From NCBI GenBank assembly GCA_043228905.1, contig JBHGNT010000002.1:23436001-23500000 (forward strand): DNA of 64,000 bases. Reading direction: 5' to 3'. The number at the start of each line of letters is the position of its first letter. Position 1 is the first letter of the stretch. The notes under the pieces were generated by a model that was not told the origin of the DNA, searched no databases, and saw nothing but the letters and a program-made list of their open reading frames with translations. Of this stretch, positions 36,053 to 49,322 are shown piece after piece. The translations under genes were made by a program, and so were the position numbers. This DNA is from Azolla caroliniana. Its lineage: Eukaryota; Plantae; Polypodiophyta.

Positions 36053-36710
36053 TTTCTCTTTCTTTCTTCTTTTACTTTAACACACTCCCTCTCTCGTCTT
36101 CCTTTTTTTCCTCTTTTACTTTTGCCCTAATCGATATGCAGAGAAGATAATATGCATACCTAATTATTAAAAATAAAAACTAAAATTATCTATTTTATTT
36201 GATCTCTGCCATAGCCATACATCTCTTCATGATTCTTCTGCTTCTTCTTCTTCTCCTCCTCCTTCCTTCCAAGTTCCTTCCTTGCCTCTTTCTTCTTCTT
36301 CTTCTTCCTAATTATTAAAAATAAAAACTAAAAATAACTATTTTATTTTATCTCTGCCATAGCCATACATCTCTTCATGTTTCTTCTTCTCCTCCTATTT
36401 CCTTGCCTCTTTCTTCTGCTTCCTTTGGATTCTGTTATTTTATTTGTGTATTGTTACAAGAATCCACTCACCCGCCCTCGTGTGCGCGCACACGCACACA
36501 CAGTCAATCAATTTCCAAATAACTTACATTCATTCATCTACATACATACATACATTATACATATATATATACATACATTATACATATATATATAAGTATG
36601 TATGTATGTATGTATGCAGAGAGAGACAGAGGCAGAGGGGACAGGAGAGACAGAAGGAAGGGTTTTGTGTGTGATAGTGATGTTCATGCACTTGGAACCA
36701 TCATCATAAT

Positions 36711-36906
36711 TGAGAGAGAGAGAGACAGAGAGACAGAGAGACAGAGAGAAGCAGAGGAAAGAGAGAGAGAGAGATACAGAGAGAAACAGAGGAAAGAGAG
36801 AGCATGAGAGAGAGAGAGAGAGAGATACAGAGAGAAACAGAGGAAAGAGAGAGAGAGAGAGAGAGAGAGAGGGCTCTCACTTTGGTTGGATACAATGGAA
36901 TCCAAT

Positions 36907-36948
<42 letters not shown>
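36711..36948. repeat. (GA)n-rich tract followed by a (CT)n tract
   Basis: Seen directly. Confidence 0.9.
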
Positions 36949-36951
<3 letters not shown>

Positions 36952-37237
36952 CAAAATGCTAGAAGCCCAAACACACACAGACACATACATATGTACACAC
37001 ATGTATTCTATATGCTATATACAAAAATATACTGTATTCTACATAGAATACAGTATAGTATACAGTATACTGTAAAAATATACAGTATATACATAGTATC
37101 ATGTATATAGAATATGTACATGATACCATATACTGTATATTTTTACACTGTACACACTCTCTCTCTCTCTCCAAGTCCCGGCCCCACGGCACACACATAC
37201 ACACGACAACCCGGGGGCCGGCCCATGCCACAGTACT

Positions 37238-37270
<33 letters not shown>

Positions 37271-37406
37271 AAGTATAGGGCAAATGGTAAGGTTTGAGAG
37301 TCATAAGGTGGGGGTTATTGGTTCAAGTCCTCTCTTGTCCATGTAATATAATATATATACTTTTATTTGGCCTTTGAAGACGTTAATATTTCTTTCTTTC
37401 TTTCTC
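37271..37406 (+). mobile_element. Candidate tRNA-derived SINE with a LINE-derived 3' tail
   Basis: A-box-like TAGGGCAAATGG, CAT anticodon-like loop, B-box GGTTCAAGTCC. Tail GAAGACGTTAATATTTCTTTCTTTCT matches the LINE tail at ~23365-23390. Confidence 0.6.
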
Positions 37407-40259
37407 ATGGGATCATATGTACAAACTGCCGTATTTCCGTGTCAACTAGCAGAAGCTCCGGAAAGCCCCCCCCCCCCTCCCTGGGACGTGACTAATATAC
37501 TTTGTATATTTTTTGCTTTGTGTCCTTCTTGTTCCGAGCGTTTCGATTACCAAAGCGAATGGGATTTTCGGAATTTCAATCGCTCTCGTGCTCACTGCCT
37601 TATTACTTGTTTTCATGCTCCTCTGTTAAGAGGAGATCTCACTAGGGATATTGCATAAGTCGGGCTGGCTAGCTAGCTAGCACAAGGGACACACCACTAT
37701 AATGGGACTTGCTTCACCCTTAGGTTTTCACGCGAAATTTGCCTTCAGGCTTCCAAATAGTAACAAAAATAAATAGATCACATATTGATTGTGATTGATG
37801 CAAATATTACCAGCATAATTGCGTTCGTTAAGAAGATTAACGTTCAAACTAGAGAGAGCGACAAATCCCATCTCATACATTGCACCTATGGGCAACGTTA
37901 AGCCTTTTTCAGTGGTCTGTAATGCCAAAGTAGTCATATCTAATGGAACCCTATAAATGCTATAATTGTATTTGCATGTCTCAATGTAAAAGTATTTTGG
38001 CAAATTTACAACCGCATTTCCCTCGAGACAACTTTCGAAATTGCACATTCAATTCAAAATCAACATCTCTCATTGATGCAAATCACATGGATAGAATTGC
38101 TCTATTGCATGTCGTCGTGGCAGACATCAGTCATAGGGCATTTCGTCATGTTTGCAATATAATATTCAATGCAAGCTTGCATCACGTATGGTAAAAAAAG
38201 AAAAAGAGATCATGCATATAAATCATTGTATTTCTAGTTGCATCTCTTTGTATAAAATCTTTTGGCAAACTTCAATGCTTGCAAATCTTCTGGCAAACTA
38301 ACATGGCGCACCTTAGTGAGACACGTTTTAGAATTTCATGTTCAATTTAGAAACTCGATCTCATGTATTGCATGCATAAATCACCGAGCCACTTGGCAAA
38401 CTTCAAAGTCTCAGGGTAGTTTGTAGTGCTACTAATATAACATTGATTGCAAGCTGCTTCCGTCCAATATGTGTGCATATGACAATGCGCAATCTATTGG
38501 CAAACATCCAACCCCACCTTCAGACATGTAGTCAAATAGATTTTTGAATGTGAGTGTGTTGATAAGAAATGCAAGCATCAAGATTTTGGGACCCTTACAT
38601 GGTTATTCTAATGGCTATGATCGTGATTTGTTATTTTATCATTGCTAGCTCCATTTATTCTTGGGTCCAAACCAATATCTTGCTAATGTTGTCAATGTCC
38701 AATGGTCAGAGAGAACGGGAATAATTATTTGACTGTCGGCACTCAATTAAGGACAAAATTAATCACATAGAATAACACCATATCTAGTTGACATGTTGGA
38801 TGTAGTGGCGATTTCATGCTCCATAGCTTTGGTTTTCTATCCCTAAAATAAATAGGTGTGAGTATGTCAACTCTACTGGGTTTTTTTATAGTAGTGCGGT
38901 GTACAATGCCAAGATTCTACCCCGAAGACTACACTATTTATTGTAAAAATTCTCAAAACGTGGCATGTGGTGTCATGATCCAAGCAAATTTTATTGCCTA
39001 TCATGTCAATATCTTCCTCAATAGGTGCATGGTGTCAAGTTATATAACCTTATTTATGGACAACTTCTCAATTTGACACGTGGAGTCAATATCCATTTAT
39101 ATTGCAATCCATGTCACAACGAAGCAATTTACGATCCCACCCTTGGCCATTATGACTTATGAGCCTTCTCTCTATGATGTGATAAGTGGGTGTCAAATTT
39201 GGTCCACGTTTCAAATTTTATTTTGCAGTTTTTCCATTTGTTGTGATGTCAAGGCTATCAACAACTAAAGATTAAGCTAAGAGACATTGTGTGTGGATTT
39301 TCTTTCTCTAAGCAAGTGGTTGCAACCTCTTAATTCAAGAGGTGGACATTTTTATGCGAAGGCCAACTTAAAGAGTAGTGTGCAGCGTGCTCATACTCTC
39401 TATATGATGCATACATGACATCCATGACACGCATGCAACAAATGCATATGATTTTATTTTATTTTCCAAAAATCAAATGCATATGATTGTGGCCGATGAC
39501 CTATTCATTGCTTTAATTAAGTTAGTTTTGCGTACCCATGTGAAACCCGTGCAATTTTCATAACTAGTAAGTTGACATTTGAATTGTAGAAGCAAACTTA
39601 ACAAATGTGTGTGATAAGTGGATCTTCATTTGGAAGAACTTGTGCCTAGATTACATAATGGAACTCTTCATATTAAGAAGTTGACACTGATTCAACACGT
39701 GTAATAACCAAAGTATATTGAAGCTTCCGACTTAATATTCATAATGTTAAACTCATTCAAATTAGAGGGACACCTACTACATCAATGACCAATCAAAGTT
39801 TGAATTGCCATGCAAGTTACATGGTTTATCAATCTTGCTCCAATAGTAAGCATTACAAGCCCTAAATATTTAATCAATTATTACCCAAGTGTTTTTTCAT
39901 ATACAAAGTGGTCATAGTGTAAATCATGAGAGGGTAAATTGTTGATTATTAAATAACTCATAATTATTATTACTACTCTTATTCACACTATTGCAAGCGG
40001 TGTTATGAGTATAATTAAAGCCTATAATAATGAGTTACACCATAACTACATAGATAGTTATGAGCCAACTTTTAAAACCTCGCCAACCTCGATCAAAAGA
40101 TCGCTTCCCGAATTAAGAAGTGTGACTACCACTTGCTCACTAAATGAATACATCCACATTTGGTGACAACTTAACTCTCAATAAATATATCGTTTAATTG
40201 TTTCGTTACATTATTGTGAAACAACATGTTGAAGTGCTTTCCCCCCCATTTTGAACTTG

Positions 40260-40303
<44 letters not shown>

Positions 40304-43300
40304 TTACTCGGTCGTTTCTATGACATTAAGTTCATGCTATCGAATATGAAACACGAACAAGAAAGGTGAGATAATGTCACTAATATGTTGACTTTGCCTT
40401 GAGGCATTAGTGTGATTTTCAACCCTTGGGTTGGAGAGAAGTGACTTCTTGGCATTACCTTAAGGCATCGATTTGGTTTCGAACCATCGGGTTGGAGAAA
40501 AATGATGTGTTGAAGTTATGCTAACACGTTAGTGTGGTTTCCTTACCTTGAGTTGGAGAAAATGCATTCATAAAGCCCACATTTTAAGATCAACTACTAG
40601 TGTGAAACTAAACTATACCCATTTCTCAAGTACTAAAATCAACTAGTTGTTGCAAGGCGTTAGCTTCAACATTGTACCCTTTAAGTTTGTATGTTTAAAT
40701 TCAAGAAATCTAATACATGTGAATTTAAAAGAAATAATGTATTATTGTGTCAGATTATATGATTATAAGGATGCTTTCACATTGTGCTTTATCATGTACT
40801 ATCTTCTTTTTAAACTTTTTTGTATGATAACTAGATTATTGAAAATGTCTACAATCTAATAATGCAATGGGGTTTTCAAAATACTTCACTAACATAGAAG
40901 GGGAATTCATTTACAAACTCTTAAAAAATTCAACAAGTTGCCAAAAGTTTGAGAATTAGTGCACAAGAAACATTAACACTCTATATCGGCAATTTCTATG
41001 CTTACTTTTATTAATAGAAGATTGTAGTAAAGACGTGTCAGGGTTAAAACTTTCATCAATGGAATGTAAAGGAATTCGAAATATATTGAAAATGTTCTAT
41101 AGTCAATTTCGAATTTTAAGCTTACATCATCGTTCTTAAAGCCTGAATAAATGGACCTAACCAATGCCAAATGAATCGAAATTCTTGGGAGCATATTATG
41201 GATTCCCACATCAAACTCAACTAATCATTCTCTAATCAAGAAATGAGGACTAGAAGTCACGCCATGTGATATTATTAGCTAAATTCAATCAAAAGAAGTT
41301 TTTAGAGGGTTGTAAAAGATTTTCTTAGTTACTAGTGACAATGATGCTTGAACCAAGCACACTCTTTAGCATTGGCTACATACATTGCTTGTATAGGGTA
41401 GAAACCATACAACTAGATCATGTGACGACGTTGAAAATTACAAATAGGTGCAACATGGAAGTTGGAACAATGATGCTTTGTGCCTTTTGCTTAAGTGGCG
41501 GGGTGCAATATGTAAATGTTATAATGCAACCAATAACCCAAGTAGATATTTTGTCGCAAAACTCTACTTTTTTAGCACAATTTAATGAAATTGGTACATT
41601 TATACAATTATCATTTACATGTTTTGAATGTTGATCCTAACAACACTATGGTCACGGCTTACACCCAATTTCAACGAAAGAAGACGATGTCAAAGAAGTT
41701 GAACTTGAAACTCCACAGATACCCAGTGGTAAGATGATTCACACTCTTTTGTGTAACCAAGCTTTCTACCTTGAAAAAACATCCAACAAAAGAATAGAAA
41801 TATAATGATCATTTACAATGTTGTTCATGTTCTGAATGCAAATGAAGGAAGACTTTCAAGAATATCAAGGCCCACAACTTAGAACTCACACATGGATAAT
41901 GGGATCATGAATGCGAGGGTGGTGACTTTCCAATTATTTCTTGACCATTCTAATAAAGCGGAGGTAGATGACACGAGATTGAGGTCTTGATTAGTTGACA
42001 ATAGGTACATGTAATCAAAAGCCGCTTGCATGATCATTGATAACTCAATCATGATGTTGGGGATAAATCATAAGATGAAGGCAACCTAGATATTTTTTAT
42101 TGCATTAAATGTGCATTGGTCTATCCCACTTGTTCTCTGTGCATCATGTGTCCTCATTTCCCTTTTTATAACTCCATATCTAGCATAGCGTGTCCCTACG
42201 AATACGTTAAGTTACATTATATTGCTCATACATAAATGGTAGTGCTATAGTTTATGTTTTAAAATATAAACATAAATTGAAAACGGAGAAACATGGAATG
42301 CTTACTCATCAACTTTAGATAGAAACTATGAATACACTTGAATTTTTCTTTATTTCCCCAAATGCCCTTGGCCAATCCCCCGAATGAGAGCAAAATGGAA
42401 TGAGTTGACCGAGGACATTTTGAGAGATCAACTTCGGGGCACAAACAAAACGCAAGGGTATTTTAAGTTTTTCTTTATATTTATAAACATTGTGCTGCTT
42501 TCGATTGAAGCGAAACATTATTCAACATAGTTTTAATGAGTCCATTCCTAGGCTTCTAGAATGTGTTTTGTAGGAACCACAAGCCAATGTGTGTAGCTTT
42601 GGGTTGAAGTTGGACAATTATTCAACATAGTTCTAATAAGGTCAGTTCTAGGCTTCTAGAATGTGTTTTGTAGAAATTATCGTTAATTAATCATTACAAA
42701 TATGTGAAGTTTTTGATAGAAGTTGAAAAGGAGAACACGTAACCAGAGACTTAAATTAAAGGTGAGTACATTTCATAACAATGAAGGTGATGTAGAGTCA
42801 AACTGTTGTTTGAGTCTTGGTCTTGTAGGAATATCATTTCCAAGTTTTCGAAATTCCAATCTTCTACTCAAGTTTACTTTGATAATAGATGTTATTGAAG
42901 TTGGTGCATTAACAAACTCATAATGGAGAGCCATTCTCTATGTTTTCGTTTTTTTATTGGAGATCCATTCTCTATGTTTTAGTTTGTTAAAAAACATTGA
43001 ATTTAGTATGATTGAATGAAATGGAATTTATTGTATATGTCAACTAACTTCAAATTAGATTATAACATTAACCAAGAATAGACCCATTTTGTTAGGTACA
43101 TTAGATTATAACAAACCTGCCAATGCAAGCAACCAATCAGATTGTTCTCTAAAAAAGTGAAAGCAATTGAATTCTCTTTATGAAGTTGATGCTCATTTCT
43201 ACACTATAAAGTAATAATGTCCTCAAAGAATGTAGGATGTCTATAGATACACGTTGCCAAACTAGAACTAATAGCATTTATGTGTAAAAAGACGAATACT

Positions 43301-44944
43301 CGCCTATCAATGTCCTCACTCGGTTTAAAGAAAACGACAAGTCGAATTCATGACATGAAGAAAACCCAACTTGTCATACATGGCAATGAACTCCAACATT
43401 TTACGTGACATACAAGATCCTCATTGAGCTATCTTTTTATTTTACCTTCCAAACATGCTTCTGGTGTGATTCCTTCTGTGAATCTTCTTAATGGATACAT
43501 GCTCTCAAAAAAACCAAATCGTGAAGTGAAGCTCTTGATATTTTTACATGTCTTCAAAAGGGGGAACTCCTTTTGTTGCAAAGTGTAGAGTAAATATCAA
43601 TGCTTACGTAACGTTGTAACCATTTATTGCATACCATGTAAACTTGATGAGATTCTACAATAGTTTCCCCGATGTATGGTCTCCTAAGGATTGTAATATT
43701 TTCGCATGTCACAAATATTTTAGGATTTATACTAAAATAGATTGACACGTGATAAGTTAATTAATGGACACTAAAATAGATTTCATTCTTATTAGCAACA
43801 ATTTAGTACTATAATATCAAAAAGACGGAAAGGGAGAGGATTGTATTCTATGGACATTCCACATATTAAAGGTTACCTTCATTGATAACAACTACTTTAG
43901 GATGCCCTCTCTATTTATAGCCAAGGAAAACTACCATTTTCAATTAGTTTCATCCTCCACCCATGAGCGAACGAATGGGAGCATCGAGAAATCTCTGACA
44001 AATATCCATATTTTGGTAAATCAAACAGACTTTATCGCAATGAAAAGGAATACTCTCATGAGTAAAATTGGTCGTTGTTTTTCTTCACGTAATCTTAAAT
44101 TCATGTGATGTTTATTTATAGCAAGCTAACAAGTTTCGTGCAACCATGTAGATTAGATTGACAATCTAATGAAGTGATAAGTACAAACAAATGGAATTTT
44201 AATCCATCTATGGATTAGAGAGCATTCTCAAAGATTCACTAGTGGTCAATTGGATCAATGATCTATGTATTATGATTGTAGTGTTGGAGCACTCCTCACT
44301 ATCAACCTAATTTAGATGCATTATTAACTCAAACATTTTGATGATCATAACACAATTTCATTGTCTCCTTGTGATTCATGTTCCCAATTTGAGTAAATAG
44401 AATCTATATTGGTTTGATCACAAACTTGAGACACATGTTCAATTAGAGATCTTCATCGTACACTAAAGATTTGAAATTCGTTATATATGCACAAAACGTA
44501 AAACTTTACCTCTCGCTCCATTATGGTAAAAGCTTATGGTACACACTGAATATGATGAAATGACGAGAATCCTTGCATAAACATGAGGATAGAGCGAATA
44601 GAAATGACCCACTAGCGAAGCTTTCTTCGTGTCAATGCCAAGAATTTAACTTGTCAACCATGCCCCCTATCAATCAAGTTCCAACAACGCCTTATCCTAT
44701 CGAATTTTCTTGTCAGAAGGGGGGGAGGGGGGGGGGGGGGGGATTCTTAAAGGTAAGTTCGATTGAAAGGTTAGCCGGTCTGAAGATGGAGAAGACAGTG
44801 TACAATGTGGGTACAATGGATGCATGACATTGGAGCAATGAATACATTTGTAGATTTGTTTTTTACTCTTTTTGTTGGTCCATATTTTTTTACTAGGCCA
44901 ATGGTGTGTAACTTTGTTGGGACTCGGGAGTAATGGTGAGAAAT

Positions 44945-44983
44945 AAACCCTAAACTCTAAACCCTAAACCCTAAACCCTAAAC
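44945..44983 (+). repeat. Short interstitial plant telomere-like tract (CCCTAAA)n
   Basis: About 5 units of TAAACCC. Confidence 0.85.
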
Positions 44984-45796
44984 GTGCCCTCCCCCCCCCC
45001 CCCCCCCAAAAAAAAAAACCCCATGTGCTATGTTATGTCATGACTCATGCATGTCATGTATGTTGGAAAGGGTGGTTTTGTAAAAATGGTATTAATGGAA
45101 ATATGTAAACCAGCGGTTATTTCTCTATGAGACCGGATAAGGATATCTTCTTCTTCTTCTTCTTCTTCTTCTTATGGGTTTAATTTTTTATTTAGGGAAA
45201 TTTGATAATAAATAAATAAATAAATAAATAATGAATGAATGAATTAACAACTAAATATAAAAGAGGGGGCCATGCAACGTCTCGTAATTTATATGAGTGG
45301 GTAGAAGAAAGAAAAATGCAAAATTAAATAAAAGAAAATTCGGGAAATAATAATAATAATAATGATGATAATGATAAAAGAAACGAATTGACTATCTTTT
45401 CTTCTCTTTTTTCTTTTTTCTTTTATTTATTGCGGAAGGGGAAAAAAAAACTAACGCCATTCGTTTCCTTTTCACACGCACGCACGCCCTTCTCTCTTCT
45501 TCTTTGGTTTGGCTAGTTCACACGCTTCGCCTCCAAAAGTCTCACATTACAATAACAAATCAAAAATGTTTTTTGCAAAACATAAATAAATAAATAAATA
45601 ATAACAAATCAAATTGTTATAAAATATGTGCATTGGTCACCCCTCCCCCCTCCACGTGTGTATTGAGTAGTATTAATATATGGTTGTCTTGCTTGTGCAT
45701 GTGCATGTGCATGTGTATGTGTACATTCATCCGTACTACACCCATGCACTTGTACAGGTATTCGAGTAGGTTGAGGTACATGCGCATGCGCATGCG

Positions 45797-45970
<174 letters not shown>

Positions 45971-46599
45971 CGTGTGTATGTGTGTGTGTATGTGCATGTC
46001 CCGAATGTGTACATATATGTGCATCTCGTATGTATAGGTGGATGTGTACATGTATGGAATGTGTAAGTGTACGCACATTTCTCAAATGTGTGTATATATA
46101 TGCCCATGTGTACATATAAGTGGATGTGTCCATGTATGCATGTTGTTCATGTACTTGTATGTGGCATAGTGCACTACATATGCGTACAATCACAAGGTAC
46201 CTATATCTGTATGCATATGCTTATGTGCATGTGCATGTGCATGTTGTGCGTAGTACGTCCGTGCATGTGCGTTGTGGGTACTCATTTTATGTGAACTAGC
46301 AACATACCCCCACGGTTAAAATTGGTGGAGTAAGGAACATGTCATGACATTAGTCGATTATGAGAATTTACAAGCAGATTGGATACTTACTTTAGGAAAG
46401 CTTTGGTGTGTTCTTTGGTAAATATCCAACAAGTTAGGGCTATTTATAGTTTTGTTTTGCAAGCTTTATTATTATTATTTGCCCTGTGGTCATTGGGGAA
46501 AGAGCTCTCTACACTATTCAACCACTTCCATGTTCAACCATGAAGTCTAATGTGAAAGTATGAGAAAAGATAACACCACCCATTAGAAGATTTTATGTA

Positions 46600-48450
46600 T
46601 TTATATTGGAGTTCGAAGATTCGATCAACATACATGTCGTTAGATCAAGAGATGGAAATCAATCACATCACTTTCAAAGAACCTTACTTGTCCAAATACA
46701 TGTTATGCAAGCAACTATATGCCATATCCTCTCGCTTTATCTCGCTTTAGAAAACAAACCCATCAAAACAAGCTCATCCGCCTAAGAAGTGTTTCTATCA
46801 AGTGTCAACAACTTGGTAGGGTTGGAGGTAGAGAGAAGACGACACCATTGCATCATCTACAACATATTATGAACGTGGCTTTTGAAATGCAGGATTTCTA
46901 ATTTACAATGCACATGTTTCTCCTTTTCCTTTGTTGTATACTGTGAAAAGTGTTATGGTATCAAAACTATTGTTATATGCCATTGGTCAAAAAGTTTCAA
47001 TAAGACATACATAGCATTTGTAATCGGATAAATTGCATTATTGGTGACGAGGCAATAAAAAAAGTGGTGTAAGACTCCCAAGTCTTATTAATAAATATTA
47101 TCTTGTTGACAACATATTTACAAAGCCATCATTATCTCACATATATTTACCTATACATGCACAATGAGACCGTAGAAGGATGTATAAATTACGCCTCCAA
47201 GAATGTAGAAAAATATGTACTCCAAGCAAAATCTTTAAATTTGAATGTTGCTTAAATGCCCCATTATTATCACATGATTTACTCACCAATTGAAGTTATT
47301 GATCGTTTAATAGACACTTCAAAACGAGATATGAAGTAGTTACATATGAAGATAAATGAAGCTCTCATGTGGTATATTAGATTTTATATACAACAAGATG
47401 ATACCATATTGATGATTTCTTTCCCATTAGTTATCACCTGTGATATTCATCAATTTATCAAATCCATGCTAATAACTTTTGTTTCCTATCAACCACGCCT
47501 TACAATAGTGACTCATTTACACTTTGTTAAATTGTAAGATAACATCGAAGATTATTCGTGAGCAAACCCATCTTTGAATCTTGATTTTCATCATCATCAA
47601 GAACGAAGGGGACGTTGGTTTTTTCAACTATATTGATATCAGGTATATGCCAATGTTGGATTATGATTTGAGTGAAGAGAAGAATCCATTGGACTCAGTA
47701 ACAAAGGAGTGATAAACTTAGGCACCAATCCATACCCTATTGATAGCAATAATTCTATACCATTAGTATATCCATGTGGTTGCATCTTGAAACATGATTT
47801 ATCATCCTAACATAATTTGAGGTTATGCATGGACGTAGTGTAGTAAAAAGGGAATATCATAAAAATACCAAATTATGTTAGCTTCTTACACTATTCTATC
47901 GTTGTATGCGTTGCATGACATGAACAAGCAATCCTGATTTTGTTTGAGAGGTTAAAAAGTTCAAACAAATCTTGATCCCTTCCTTTTAGGAATTTGTGCT
48001 CCACCTTTAAGCATGACCATATCCATGATATATTTACATATGTAATATCCAAATTTGCAAGTTGCAACCTACTTAAAAAATGCCCTTCATATATTAGATC
48101 ATTGGTCACTCACAAATTAAAAATTTGAGGCTACACATGAAACACATGGAATCAAAATAACCACATGCATATTTCTATGTAAGTTATTTGCAAAGCCAAA
48201 TTTACTTAAGGATGAGAGATTTACGGGAAATCAAGATGGATTTTGAAACATTAAGTAGAATGAGGCCCTTACTATATCTTCTTAGAGGGGTGCATTGCTA
48301 ACCATTTTTGTCATTATAGATCAAATGATCTTCTTGAACTCTTTCAAACCTTTCAAACTAGCAACAATGGATTTTTTTCATCACTTACAAAAAAACTCAT
48401 TTACTTTAAGCCAAACTGATATCAAGCAAGCACTTTTCTCCTTACCTGGA
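46600..48450 (-). mobile_element. Highly degenerate L1-type LINE fragment
   Basis: Scattered minus-strand remnants resembling FxDD (FVLDD), LGV and K..GG.G (KARGYG) in LINE order; boundaries approximate. Confidence 0.4.
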
Positions 48451-49322
48451 ATCTAATCAAAATCACTATACATAAACTAAAGGAAAACAACTGACACATC
48501 TTCCTACGTAACTAATTTATTAATCATAGCATTATCTAGCTGTTAAATCTCATCATAGCTCATGAGGACTTATTAATTTGTCAATAGCTACTAAATGGTT
48601 TGTGATAATCATGATTCATGAGATAGCCACTCCCACCAAATTCAGACAAAACATGATGACACAAAAGAATGTGCACCAAGATCTATATAGTCTGAAAAAT
48701 AATTGAATTTTATGTTCCACCAATCGTAAAACAACTATGAAATGTATACAATTCAAAATAACATAGGTAGTTATGATTGCACAAAAGCAGAATGAAAGCA
48801 GGTGAATCAAAATCAGCTCGTTAATGTATAGCTCTTCTACAATTCATACATCCATAAGGTAATAGGAATTGAAAGGTGATTGAAGACGTCAAATTCACAA
48901 GGGAGAATAAAACAGTAAATTATTGTAAATTGCAAAAAATAAAAACATGAGTCCCTTCGAAACTTCTACATGACAATATCAAGGGTTGACTAGCACAACA
49001 AAGTCACAAATGCCCAAAGGATTCCAATTTGTCAGATTTGATTAAAAATTAGTGTCAATGTACAAAAACCAATTAATGGAAACTCCAAATTTAATGTGTT
49101 TTCCGAGCAATGTTATAGAGCACATCAAAATGTTTCCACTTAGCATAACACAAATATTGCAATGCAGGGAACATGAACCATCAGAGAGAGCCTTCTCAAC
49201 CCTGGAATTTCTCATCAGGAAGACTTGCATATAGGTGTCAATATACAAAATCGATCCATGGAAATTCAATTTTTGTAATGCTACTACAGCACAAGCACAA
49301 AAATGTGCATATAACGACTTGA

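Noticed and set aside
36598-37110. ER/LS-rich ORFs and a GA/CT foldback as a conserved miRNA
   Set aside because: Microsatellite translations; no recognisable conserved mature miRNA.
37271-37341. Functional tRNA-Met gene
   Set aside because: Acceptor and anticodon stems do not pair; better explained as a SINE head or tRNA pseudogene.
40364-40385. AGGTGAGATAATGTCAC resembling the chromovirus PPT-LTR junction
   Set aside because: Short match; no supportable LTR end or coding remnants identified.
44945-44983. Chromosome-fusion or healing scar
   Set aside because: Only ~5 units in one orientation; such short tracts are common.
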